The translations under genes and the position numbers were made by a program. This document shows positions 1 to 9,481 of a stretch of DNA of 50,352 nt, one piece after another; position 1 is the stretch's first letter, and the number at the start of each line of letters is the position of its first letter. The stretch is taken from positions 1 to 50,352 of the forward strand of contig DASSGP010000009.1 in NCBI GenBank assembly GCA_035693405.1. The letters are read 5' to 3'. Origin of the DNA: Rudaea sp. (lineage in GTDB: Bacteria > Pseudomonadota > Gammaproteobacteria > Xanthomonadales > Rhodanobacteraceae). Under the pieces are notes generated by a model. The model ran no database searches. It worked only from the letters and a program-made list of their open reading frames with translations, and was not told the DNA's origin.

Positions 1-15
1 CTCATATGCGGCAGC

Positions 16-1686
16 ATGATCGGGTTCCTGCTGATTTCCGCGGCATGGTCTGTTGCTGTCGTCAGCGGCGCGTTGCATGCGCCGCTGACGGTAAATCCGG
101 CATTCACGGGCGTGCTGCTGGTGATGAGCTACGAACTCGGCGGCGACATCCTGCGTGCCGTGCAATTGGCGAAAAACCTGAGCGCTTCGGAAGCCCATTT
201 GCGCGACACCGAGCAGCGCATGGACATGGCGGTTCGCGGCGCCGGTGTCGGCCTGTGGAGCCGCGATCTCGCACGCGGGGATTCGTGGGTGTCCGAAACC
301 GGCATGAGGGTGCTCGGGTTCGGGCCGGACGAAGAATGGGATCGCGACCGCTTCTACGAGCGCTTGCCTCCGGCCGATCGCAAGACGCTGGAAGGCGCCG
401 TCGCATCAGCGCTGGAAGGCAAGGGCGAATTCAACACCGAATACCGCATCATCGGCAGCGATCGCCGGACCCGCTGGATCATGGTCCGCGGCCAGGTGGA
501 GTTCGATGCGGCGACGTGCACGCCGCTGCGCATGCGCGGCATCGTCAGCGAAATCACCGAACGCCGGCAGGCAGAGGAGCGCTTGCGGCTCGTCGTCGAG
601 ATGTCGCCGACGGCGCTGCTGATGGTGAACGCGCAGGGGCTGATCATCCTCGTCAACCGGCAGGCAGAAATCGTGCTCGGCTTTACGCGTGAAGAAATGG
701 CCGGCATGAACGTCGATGCCCTCGTGCCGCGCCGCTATCGCGACCGCCACGGCGACGAACGCGCCGCCTACGTCGCGCACGCCACCACCAGCGCGATGGG
801 CGCCGGACGCGAGTTGTTCGCGCAGCGCAAGGACGGCTCCGAGGTGCCGGTCGAAATCGCGCTCAGTCCGATTCACGGCGATACCGGACTGTCTGTGCTC
901 GTCTCGATCGTGGACATCAGCGAACGCAAGCGCGCCGACCGCGAATCCGCGCTGCAGCGCGACGAACTGGCGCACCTGTCGCGCGTGGCGCTGCTGGCCG
1001 AACTGTCCGGTTCGCTGGCGCACGAGTTGAACCAGCCGTTGACCGCGATTCTGAGCAACGCGCAGGCGGCAGTCCGCTTCCTGGCACATTCGCCGCCGAA
1101 TCTCGACGAAGTTCGCGACAGCCTGACCAATATCGTCGAAAACGACAAGCGCGCGGGTGAGGTGATCCGCAGGTTGCGGGCGATGTTGCGCAAGGATCGC
1201 GCGGATCACCGGCGCCTGGACATGAACGACGTCGTGCTCGAGGTGCTGGGCATCATTCGCAGTGATATGCTCAACCGCAACGTCGATGTGGTTCTCGAAC
1301 TCCATCCAAACCTGCCGCCGATCGAGGGCGACCGCGTCCAGCTTCAGCAGGTTCTGCTCAATCTCGTCATGAACGGCACCGACGCGATGGCGGACGTCAG
1401 CGCCGGTCGCGAAATTGCGCTGCATACGCAAGCGACCGACGCCGGCGGCGTGCAGGTTTCGGTCACGGATGCCGGCCGCGGCATTCCCGAGGAAGACATC
1501 GAGCGGATCTTTTCCCCATTCGTCACTACCAAAGCCAGCGGCATCGGACTCGGTTTGGCGGTCTGTGTGTCGATCATCCACACGCATCGCGGCGCGATCT
1601 GGGCGGCGAACAACGATGCTCGCGGGGCCACCGTGCACTTCACGCTTCCCGCACCGGGAGACTCGTCGCATCCGTCGTCGCCTTAG
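16..1686 (+). CDS. PAS-PAS sensor histidine kinase (FixL-like); probably extends 5' of the window
   Basis: Hydrophobic N-terminus; two PAS/PAC segments; HisKA 'LAHELNQPLTAILSNAQAA'; HATPase 'QVLLNLVMNG..A', 'DAGRGIP', 'FVTTKASGIGLGL'. Confidence 0.9.
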   Translation: MIGFLLISAAWSVAVVSGALHAPLTVNPAFTGVLLVMSYELGGDILRAVQLAKNLSASEAHLRDTEQRMDMAVRGAGVGLWSRDLARGDSWVSETGMRVLGFGPDEEWDRDRFYERLPPADRKTLEGAVASALEGKGEFNTEYRIIGSDRRTRWIMVRGQVEFDAATCTPLRMRGIVSEITERRQAEERLRLVVEMSPTALLMVNAQGLIILVNRQAEIVLGFTREEMAGMNVDALVPRRYRDRHGDERAAYVAHATTSAMGAGRELFAQRKDGSEVPVEIALSPIHGDTGLSVLVSIVDISERKRADRESALQRDELAHLSRVALLAELSGSLAHELNQPLTAILSNAQAAVRFLAHSPPNLDEVRDSLTNIVENDKRAGEVIRRLRAMLRKDRADHRRLDMNDVVLEVLGIIRSDMLNRNVDVVLELHPNLPPIEGDRVQLQQVLLNLVMNGTDAMADVSAGREIALHTQATDAGGVQVSVTDAGRGIPEEDIERIFSPFVTTKASGIGLGLAVCVSIIHTHRGAIWAANNDARGATVHFTLPAPGDSSHPSSP

Positions 1687-1876
1687 GCGGCCCAGTGGGA
1701 ACCCGGTTCAGGAGTCCGGAACAACGGTATGCTATACAGGGCGCGCTGACCGGTTGAACTGCGCTAATCTCTCGGCAGATGGGCCTTGGCCGAGCGCTTT
1801 CGAATTCCTTGCTCAAGAATGTGGAGGGGATTCATGTTCGGCGTAAAGGGGGGGTCTGGCCAAGTTTAATACGCCG

Positions 1877-2986
1877 GTGCCGTCCGGGCGCGAACGGCGT
1901 GCGCCGCTGGTCGTGGTCGTCGACGACGACCAGATCAACGTGGAAGTGATCAGCGCGTTTCTCGGGGATCAGGGCTACGACGTGCTGCCCGCGCTCAGCG
2001 GCGAACAGGCGTTGGAGCTGTGCACGTTCCGCAAGCCGGATCTTGCGCTGTTCGACCTCAGGATGCCGGGCATGGACGGCATCACGCTGTGCCGGCGCTT
2101 TCGCGAAACACCGGAACTCGCCGCGGTCCCCGTCATCTTCATCACCGGCACCGCCGACGAAGAAGGCCTGGTCGAATGTTTCGAGGCCGGCGCCGTCGAC
2201 TTCCTGGCCAAGCCGGTGCGCGTTGCCGAGTTGCTGCAGCGAGTCCGCACGCACCTGGAGTTGAAATTCTCGCGCGATCGGCTCGTGTCCAAGGCGCGCG
2301 ACTGCGACTCACTGACGGCGATGGTCGCGCATGATCTGAAGAGTCCTCTCGCCTCGATACGCTTCAGCGTGCAGATGCTGCTCGAGGAACCCGCGCTGCG
2401 CGAAGAGCGGCTGCAGGACTTGCTCAATGCGCTGGTCGACTCGACCGACCGGACGCTTTTCTTCATCGACGATTTCCTGACTCGTAACGCGGCCGCCAGC
2501 ATGGTGTCGCTGGATGCTTTCGGGCCGTTCGACCTGCGCGAAGTCGTACGCTCGCTGGTTGCGCGCTTCGACCTGTTCGGGAGCGAGAAAAACATACGCG
2601 TGAAGCTCGGACCCGGCACTGCCCTCGAAGCATTTGGCGATGCGCTGGCGGCCGAGCGCGTGGTCGAAAACCTGCTCAGCAACGCGGTGAAGTTTGCGCC
2701 TCCGGGAACTCGCGTGGATGTGGCAACGGAAGAAGGCAATCCGGGCAGCGTCCGCGTTCGCGTGCTCGATCGCGGCCCTGGAATCGACGCCGCCGATCGC
2801 AAGAGGCTGTTCCAGCGCTATACGCGCTTGAGCGCAACCCCGACATCCGGGGAGTCATCGACCGGCCTGGGCCTGTCGATCGCCAAGCAACTTGCCGAGG
2901 CCATGCATGGCAGCCTCGCCTACGAAGCGCGCGAGGGCGGCGGTTCGGTATTCGTGTTCGAGATGCCGACGCGCCCGGTGAGCTAG
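1877..2986 (+). CDS. Hybrid response regulator/histidine kinase (REC-HisKA-HATPase)
   Basis: REC 'VVVVDDD...FDLRMPGMDG...KP'; 'AHDLKSPL'; 'NLLSNAVKF', 'DRGPGI', 'STGLGLSI'; GTG start uncertain. Confidence 0.9.
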   Translation: MPSGRERRAPLVVVVDDDQINVEVISAFLGDQGYDVLPALSGEQALELCTFRKPDLALFDLRMPGMDGITLCRRFRETPELAAVPVIFITGTADEEGLVECFEAGAVDFLAKPVRVAELLQRVRTHLELKFSRDRLVSKARDCDSLTAMVAHDLKSPLASIRFSVQMLLEEPALREERLQDLLNALVDSTDRTLFFIDDFLTRNAAASMVSLDAFGPFDLREVVRSLVARFDLFGSEKNIRVKLGPGTALEAFGDALAAERVVENLLSNAVKFAPPGTRVDVATEEGNPGSVRVRVLDRGPGIDAADRKRLFQRYTRLSATPTSGESSTGLGLSIAKQLAEAMHGSLAYEAREGGGSVFVFEMPTRPVS

Positions 2987-3172
2987 CCGGGAATCGGGCG
3001 TGCGCAAGGGCGGGGGCCCAGCTCCAGGATCAGTCTGTTCAGGGTCGCACACGGATACTATCGCTGCAGCGGCGGTCCGGGCTTCGCTGCGGAAGGCGTT
3101 GGTCAAGCTACCGAAGCGTTCGCCGCCAATCGTCCGTCGAGTGGTCGCGATCACGCGTGCGAGGAGCCAATC

Positions 3173-4150
3173 ATGGCGACAACAAAAGGCAGGGCTGCGC
3201 GGCGAACGAACGTCCGGCGGGCGACAACTGCGTCGGCGAAAGTGCCGCGAGGCGAACAATCGGCGAACCGCTTCGGTGCCGTAACGTTGACCCACCCCGA
3301 GCGCGTCGTCTTTCCGGCCGATGGCATAACCAAGCTCGACGTCGCCGAGTACTACCGGCAGGTGCTGCCGCGGCTGCTTGCCGGCATCGAGGGGCGTCCC
3401 TTGTCGGTCATCCGCTGCCCGGCCGGAATTTCGGGCGAGTGCTTCTTCCAGAAGCATCTGACGTCCGGCCTCAAGCACGTCAGCACCGTTCCGCTCAAGG
3501 AAGAAAGCGGCGGCACCGGCGACTACGTCTATGTCGATGATGCCGACGCCGTGTTTGAACTCGTGCAGTTCAACGCGCTGGAGTTTCATCCCTGGGGAGC
3601 GACCGCGGCCGATCCCGAGCATGCGCAATATCTGGTGTTCGATCTGGACCCCGCACCCGAAATTGCCTGGGGTCGCGTCGTTGCGGCGGCGATCGACGTG
3701 CGCGATCTGCTCGGCAAGGCCGGGCTGAAGTCGTTCGTGCGCACGACCGGAGGCAAGGGCCTGCATGTCGTCGTGCCGTTGTGCCCCGCGGCAAACTGGG
3801 ACAAAGCGAAAAAGTTTGCACATGCGCTCGCGGAGAGTTTCGCCGCCGTGCGCCCCGGGGAATTCCTCGCCGTGGCCAGCAAGCAGCGGCGCGACGGCAA
3901 GATCTTCATCGACTATCTGCGCAACACTCGCGGAGCCACGAGCGTTGCCTCGTATTCGCTGCGCGCGCGGGCCGGAGCGCCCGTTGCCGTTCCCCTGCGC
4001 TGGGCCGAACTCAAGACGATCAGGAGCGGCGATGCGTTCAACATCCGTAACGTGCCGGCGCGCCTCAAGCGCATGCGCGCTGATCCGTGGGCCGGATACG
4101 ATTCGCTGCGCCAGGACCTCGACAGCATCGCGGAACTGCCGGGCAAGTAG
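3173..4150 (+). CDS. ligD: Stand-alone LigD-type primase/polymerase domain (NHEJ PolDom)
   Basis: 'LTHPERV', 'RCPAGI...FFQKH', 'VFDLDP', 'TTGGKGLHV', 'IFIDYLRN.RGAT.V..YSLRAR'; GAGGAG RBS; no ligase or phosphoesterase domain. Confidence 0.88.
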   Translation: MATTKGRAARRTNVRRATTASAKVPRGEQSANRFGAVTLTHPERVVFPADGITKLDVAEYYRQVLPRLLAGIEGRPLSVIRCPAGISGECFFQKHLTSGLKHVSTVPLKEESGGTGDYVYVDDADAVFELVQFNALEFHPWGATAADPEHAQYLVFDLDPAPEIAWGRVVAAAIDVRDLLGKAGLKSFVRTTGGKGLHVVVPLCPAANWDKAKKFAHALAESFAAVRPGEFLAVASKQRRDGKIFIDYLRNTRGATSVASYSLRARAGAPVAVPLRWAELKTIRSGDAFNIRNVPARLKRMRADPWAGYDSLRQDLDSIAELPGK

Positions 4151-4275
4151 CCACATTTGCGCCGGCCCCGGGCGGACATGCGGGGAAAATCCGTTGCAGG
4201 AAAGTGCCGACCTGCAGTAGCGGTATACTCGTCGGCCGTGGAAATGCACAACGACTGTGTTCCGGGAGACGCCTG

Positions 4276-4968
4276 ATGAATCGTACTGTTGCGCCACCGC
4301 GATCGCACGGGACCGAATTCGACGTGGGCACATTCGTGCGCGCCGCCGCTCACGAGATAGCCGGTCAGCTCAATGCGATCTCGATGAATGCCGAACTCGT
4401 CAAACTGCTGCTCGAACGCGCCGATGTCGCCCGCGCCGACGAGACGATCAAGCGCATGCTGAGCGACTGCGGGCGCTACGGGCGCATGGTGCGCTCGCTC
4501 GAACGATTCGGCTCCTGCCTGACTGCGCGCGAACGCGAGCCGGTAAAAGTCGCTGACTTGATCGAGGCCGCAACGGCCGCATTCGCGCAGGAGCGTTCGG
4601 GCGCGAAGCCGACGCTGCAGGTCGAAGTCGGCGACGCCTCGATCGTTGTCGACCGGGTAGGAATGCAGCGGGTCTTGTCCGGCCTGCTGCACAACGCGGC
4701 CGAAGCAGGCGCCGGTTCGATCAGCGTCAAGGCGCGGCGCGATGCGGATGCCCTGACCATCGTCGTTGCCGACGATGGCGCAGGCATCCCGGCAAAGATC
4801 CGCGCGCGCATCGCCGAACCGTTCTTCACGACTCGCCGCGACGAAGGTCACAACGGTCTGGGTCTCACGCTTGCGGCGGAGATCGCCGGCGCCCATGGCG
4901 GCAGTCTGTCGATCGATGAGAACGAAGGTCGCGGCACATGCGCGACGCTGCGCCTGCCGCTCGCGTAG
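4276..4968 (+). CDS. Short sensor-less histidine kinase (HisKA-HATPase)
   Basis: ATG at 4276 after GGGAG; 'AAAHEIAGQLNAI', 'LLHNAAEA', 'DDGAGIP', 'FFTTR...GLGL'. Confidence 0.8.
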   Translation: MNRTVAPPRSHGTEFDVGTFVRAAAHEIAGQLNAISMNAELVKLLLERADVARADETIKRMLSDCGRYGRMVRSLERFGSCLTAREREPVKVADLIEAATAAFAQERSGAKPTLQVEVGDASIVVDRVGMQRVLSGLLHNAAEAGAGSISVKARRDADALTIVVADDGAGIPAKIRARIAEPFFTTRRDEGHNGLGLTLAAEIAGAHGGSLSIDENEGRGTCATLRLPLA

Positions 4969-4990
4969 GGAGCAGAGGGGAACTCGTGAG

Positions 4991-7981
4991 TCAGCGCTGC
5001 TCGATCGTCGCCTTGAGCAGGTCGGCGTGCACGGGTTTTACCAGATGCGTGTCGAATCCGGCATCACGCCCGCGCGCGCGATCGCTCTCCTGGCCATAGC
5101 CGGTCATCGCGACCAGGCGTACGCGATCGAGCGCGTTTTCGGCGCGGATCTGCCGCGCCAGTTCAAAGCCGTCGATCTCAGGCATTCCGATGTCGAGCAG
5201 GATGACATCGGGGCGGAACACCAGCGCGGCCGCAAGCACGTCATTGCCGCTGTGAACGGTGTGCGACTGATGTCCCCACAGGTCCAGCAATGCCGACGTG
5301 CTGGCGACCAGGTCACGATTGTCGTCGGCGACCAGCACGCGCAGCGATTCTGAAGCGTCCGTGGCCGGCGGCGCGGCCGCTCGGGTGGCGGCGATTTCCG
5401 CCGGCGCTTCGACCAGTGGCAGGCGAACCACGAATTCGCTGCCCTTGCCCTGGCCGGCACTGATCGCCCGTACGTCGCCACTGTGCAGTTCAGTGACCCT
5501 GCGGACCAGCGCAAGCCCGACGCCCAGGCCGCCGGCGGAGCGCGCCAGCGACTGGTCGGCCTGGGTGAAAGGTTCGAACACGCGCGGCAGCAGTTCCGGC
5601 CCGATGCCCTGGCCGCTGTCGTGCACGCTTACGCGAACCTCCGATTGTTCCGGAGCGGCGGTGACGCTGATATAGCCATGATCGGGCGTATATTTTGCCG
5701 CATTATGCAATATGTTCGCGAATGCCTGGATCAGCCGTGCGCTGTCACCGTCGACATACATCGGCCGCGGGTCGATCTTCAGATCGAGGCGGTGGCCGCG
5801 CGCGCTGATCAACGGCTGCACCGTCTCGATTGCGGCACGCAGGATCGGCTTCAGGTCGACGACGGCTTTCTCCACCAGGATCTTGTTCTGGGAAATGCGC
5901 GCCGCATCGAGCAGATCGTCGACCATGCGAACGAGCTGATCGATCTGCCGTCGCATCGTCGGCAGCACCGAATCGACCGTCGACCACCGCCGCTGCCGGT
6001 CCGCCTCGAGCAGATACAGCGCGTTGCGCAAGGGCGCCAACGGATTGCGCAGCTCATGCGCCAGCATCGCCAGGAACTCGTCCTTGCGCCGGTCCGCGAG
6101 CAGCAATTGGTCGGCCTGCTGCCGCAGGCGCTGCTCGAGTTGCTTGCGCTCGGTCACATCGAGCGCGAATCCGACGTATTCGTCGGCACTGGCGAAGACT
6201 CGCGCATAGCCGACGACGACCGAGACACGTTCACCTCCACGGCGGACGAATTCCTTTTCATAAGGCGTGCAGACACCGGCTGTCGCCACCTGGACGAATG
6301 CCGCGTCGTCGATGTGGCGATACTCCGGGGGGGTTTGTGCAACCACGTTGATCCTGCCCTCGGCCAGGTCCTCGTCGGAAAAATCCAGCATCTTCAGGAA
6401 CGCCCCGTTGGCCTGGGCCACGTTGCCATCGCGATCGAAACTCAGCATCAGGCCGATGACGTCCGCTTCGACGAGCACGCGCAGGCGCGATTGCGTGACC
6501 TGCAACGCCCGGTCGAGACGTTGCTGCTCGGTCGTGTCGACCCAACTGTGGACCGCGCCGATGATGTGGCCGTCGATGTTGCGGACCGGAGCGACATTGA
6601 CGATGACCGTGAGCGGCGGCCGCCCGGGCCGGGCGACGACCCAAGCCTCGTCGCGGACGATCGTGCCTTCATTCATGGCGCGATACAGCGGCAGCATCGA
6701 AGGCGCGGGAATCGTTCCATCCGGCAGCAGCTTGCGGTAAAGCTCGCGCGAGGGCCTGTTTTCGCCCGGGCCGAGCCATTCGCGCATCTGGCTGCTCATC
6801 GCCACCATCGCGAAGTCCGGTCCCGGACCTGTCATCGAGATGCCGATCGGCGCGTTTTCAAGAATCGTCTTCAGGGTTTGCTCGCTGGCGAGCGCGGCAT
6901 GCGCGCGCTGGGAAACTTGCTCGGCGGCCGCGGCCAGTGCGAGCTCGGCGTTGCGCCGCTCGGTGGAGTCGCGGAACACGATCACGGCTCCCTGGATGGC
7001 CCCGCCGGCCTCGACGATCGGAGCCGCGCTGTCTTCGATGACAAACTCGCGGCCATCGCGAGCCCGCAGCAGCGTATGGTTGGCGAGCCCTCTGACCCGG
7101 CCTTCGGCAACGGCGCCGGCGACCAGGTCGGGGGCTGGCCGACGCGTGGCTTCTTCGATCGCGTCGAACACTTCCGGCAGCGGCTTGCCCAACGCATCCT
7201 GCTGCGTCCATCCGGTGAGCGCCTCCGCAACCGGATTGAGCAGCACAATGCGGCCCTGCGGATCGGTGACGATGACACCGTCGCCGATACTCCGCAGCGT
7301 CGTGCCGAGCCATTCGCGCTGCACGTAGAGCTCGCCCGCGGCACGATTGCGCGCCAGCAGGTCGCGGCGCAGCAACGCAGCGGCCAGTGCGATCAACACC
7401 AGGCCGACGACCATGCCGAGGAAACGCGAATACACGGTCTCGGAGTACAGCTCGATCTCGCGCGCGTCGCGCAAGGCCTGTCGTTTTTTCTCGGTCTCGC
7501 GCATGCTGTCGACGAGTTGCCGGATCGCGCGCATCGTCAACATGCCCGAATCCGTCGCTACCAGCGACATTGCCGCAGCGGCATCGCCGGCGTCGATCAG
7601 CGCTATCGAGTGGCGCAGCTCATCGACCTTGTCGGCGACAAGTTGTTCCAGTGCGCCGAGCCTTTGCAGTTGCTCGGGCTCGTCAGCGAGCAGAGGTTTC
7701 AGCGCAGCGATCTTGATGTCGATAGCGGCAGTGGCCGCGCGATAGGGGTCCAGGTAGGAGGTCTTTTGCGTCAGCAGATAGCCGCGCTGGCCGGTTTCTG
7801 CGTCGGTGAGTTCGGACAACAGGTCGTCGATCGCGTAGATCGTGTCGCGTGAACGCGCGCTGGCGGCGGCCCCGGCTACCAGCTCGCCGGCGTTGTAGTT
7901 GGAAAGCAGCGCGTTTCCGATCAGTACCAGCGCCACCAAGGCAAGCGCGATAGTCCACAGTGCCCGTTTCAGGTTGCTCAC
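4991..7981 (-). CDS. CHASE3-PAS hybrid sensor histidine kinase with C-terminal REC
   Basis: TM-CHASE3 ('DAETGQRGYLLT..YLDPY')-TM; several PAS domains; 'LAMLAHELRNPLAP'; 'GGLGVGL'; REC 'LLDIGMPEIDG'; GTG start with GGAG RBS. Confidence 0.93.
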   Translation of the reverse strand: MSNLKRALWTIALALVALVLIGNALLSNYNAGELVAGAAASARSRDTIYAIDDLLSELTDAETGQRGYLLTQKTSYLDPYRAATAAIDIKIAALKPLLADEPEQLQRLGALEQLVADKVDELRHSIALIDAGDAAAAMSLVATDSGMLTMRAIRQLVDSMRETEKKRQALRDAREIELYSETVYSRFLGMVVGLVLIALAAALLRRDLLARNRAAGELYVQREWLGTTLRSIGDGVIVTDPQGRIVLLNPVAEALTGWTQQDALGKPLPEVFDAIEEATRRPAPDLVAGAVAEGRVRGLANHTLLRARDGREFVIEDSAAPIVEAGGAIQGAVIVFRDSTERRNAELALAAAAEQVSQRAHAALASEQTLKTILENAPIGISMTGPGPDFAMVAMSSQMREWLGPGENRPSRELYRKLLPDGTIPAPSMLPLYRAMNEGTIVRDEAWVVARPGRPPLTVIVNVAPVRNIDGHIIGAVHSWVDTTEQQRLDRALQVTQSRLRVLVEADVIGLMLSFDRDGNVAQANGAFLKMLDFSDEDLAEGRINVVAQTPPEYRHIDDAAFVQVATAGVCTPYEKEFVRRGGERVSVVVGYARVFASADEYVGFALDVTERKQLEQRLRQQADQLLLADRRKDEFLAMLAHELRNPLAPLRNALYLLEADRQRRWSTVDSVLPTMRRQIDQLVRMVDDLLDAARISQNKILVEKAVVDLKPILRAAIETVQPLISARGHRLDLKIDPRPMYVDGDSARLIQAFANILHNAAKYTPDHGYISVTAAPEQSEVRVSVHDSGQGIGPELLPRVFEPFTQADQSLARSAGGLGVGLALVRRVTELHSGDVRAISAGQGKGSEFVVRLPLVEAPAEIAATRAAAPPATDASESLRVLVADDNRDLVASTSALLDLWGHQSHTVHSGNDVLAAALVFRPDVILLDIGMPEIDGFELARQIRAENALDRVRLVAMTGYGQESDRARGRDAGFDTHLVKPVHADLLKATIEQR

Positions 7982-8365
7982 CGAATACGCACTCCAAGGG
8001 CAAACGACACCAGCGTCAATGGGGATTGAATCTTAGCGTCCCGTGATAGCCGTGCCGCTCGGCAGGAGACATCCATTTGGTGGGCATCCCTTTGTTCTGG
8101 TCCTGGATCCCCCACGGTCACGATACCCGCCTCTCGTCATTTGTGCCCAGGCGGAAGAAGCCAGTTCGTGCAAAGTTCGAGCTTACCTGAAGCAACGCGG
8201 CCACGTGGAGTTGCCGTCCGATGCCGTCAGACAAGCCGGAAGAGGGCACTCCGCCCGGAGAGTCTTTCCCCGGAATCCGTGTTGCGCGGAAGGCCGCCGT
8301 TCCGGCCGCGTTTTGAAAATTCGCGACGGCGTGCTTCCACCGTCCTTATCTTTGCGCGGAAGTTT

Positions 8366-8381
8366 CGCAAGGGATGTGCCA
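8366..8381 (-). promoter_or_regulatory. Sigma54 (-24/-12) promoter
   Basis: Minus strand reads TGGCAC-ATCCC-TTGCG, an exact TGGCAC-N5-TTGC match; intergenic. Confidence 0.7.
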
Positions 8382-8464
8382 ATGAACAGAACGCGCTCAT
8401 CGGCCAATTTCCGCGACTCGCGCTCCAGGCGCCATGCAATCTGGAAAGAAATCTTACTTCCGCA

Positions 8465-8477
8465 TTGCAAAATGCAG
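8465..8477. promoter_or_regulatory. TTGCA-N3-TGCA(A/G) palindrome, putative activator (bEBP) site
   Basis: TTGCAAAATGCAG between two divergent sigma54 motifs; the motif recurs at 10517, 11949 and 13116. Confidence 0.5.
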
Positions 8478-8646
8478 GAAACTTCCAAGCCATCAAGGGG
8501 CATTTCGCTTCGCGCAGCTTGCACACACTTGGCGGTTTGTCCCGCACCGCGCCGGCGGGGTGATGGCGCTACAAGCGCGTGCCGCCCCGCCAGAAATTCC
8601 CGATTCCCTGCCGCTGCCGCGACGACCGGATACAGCGAGCTCTTGA

Positions 8647-8662
8647 TGGCACGCCGATTGCT
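8647..8662 (+). promoter_or_regulatory. Sigma54 (-24/-12) promoter of the KGG gene
   Basis: TGGCAC-GCCGA-TTGCT, full consensus, ~105 nt upstream of ATG 8768. Confidence 0.78.
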
Positions 8663-8767
8663 CTCTCCGTTGCGCTGTACAAATCCGATGTTTGCTCGCC
8701 GGTCGGCACATGCTGCTTAGTGCCCGCGTGCCGCCCACGAGCTCCCGCCCAGAGAAGAGGTGCGTTC

Positions 8768-9109
8768 ATGACCATTCAGCCAATCATTCTGTCGCGCGCG
8801 ACAAGCGCGCGCGGCTTCGCCGCGATGGACCAGAAAAAACAACGAGAGATCGCGCGTCGCGGCGGACTCGCCGCGCAGGCCCTCGGCACGGCGCACCGAT
8901 TCTCGCCCGAGGAAGCGCGGCAAGCAGGACGCAAGGGCGGCGAAGCCGTGAGCGGCAACCGCCAGCACATGGCCAGCATCGGCCGTCGCGGCGGCGTGGC
9001 ACGGCATGCGCTGCGCAAAGCGCAAGGCCCGGAGAATCAACAGGTTCCATCGGTGTCGGCCGCCGTGCCTGTCGATACGGTGCAACCAGTGCCGGCGGGC
9101 GACGATTAA
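8768..9109 (+). CDS. KGG-repeat general stress protein (YciG/GsiB/Con-10-like)
   Basis: 'RGFAAMDQKKQREIARRGG', 'HRFSPEEARQAGRKGGEAVS.NRQHMASIGRRGG'; AGAGG RBS before ATG 8768. Confidence 0.9.
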   Translation: MTIQPIILSRATSARGFAAMDQKKQREIARRGGLAAQALGTAHRFSPEEARQAGRKGGEAVSGNRQHMASIGRRGGVARHALRKAQGPENQQVPSVSAAVPVDTVQPVPAGDD

Positions 9110-9481
9110 GCAGTCCCGTCGCTCGGAATCAACCCCGGATCCCAATCCACCACAGAGCGTGGCGATCGGCCATCGGTTACGATGGCCGCGAGTTCCGCAC
9201 ATGCCTAGGCAGTGGGCGAGTTCGGTGGAGGCAGTGCCCCACCGTTGTTGCGGGCGTTTGATCGGTCGCCAGGGCCGGCGCGCCGATCGTTGATCGTCCG
9301 TGTGGCGAACACGTGCGGCCGAGCGCAATCGGCGCCAATGCCGCACTGGAATGCACGTAGCAGGCGAGCATTGGCGCTGCAATTTGCGCGCTTGGAAACG
9401 GGTTGGATTGCAAAATGAGCGGTTAAGCTCGGCAGCGCATCCGCTTCGTCATGCGCAAATTCCTGTTGCTGCGCGAGTCGC

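Noticed and set aside
5483-7852. 789-aa plus-strand ORF
   Set aside because: Antisense shadow of the CHASE3 kinase.
7995-8030. GGGCAAAC resembling a c-di-GMP-I riboswitch start
   Set aside because: The second conserved GCAAA element and the GNRA stem are missing, and it is antisense to the adjacent gene.
9372-9387. TGGCGC...TTGC on the plus strand
   Set aside because: GG-N11-GC spacing; sigma54 needs N10.
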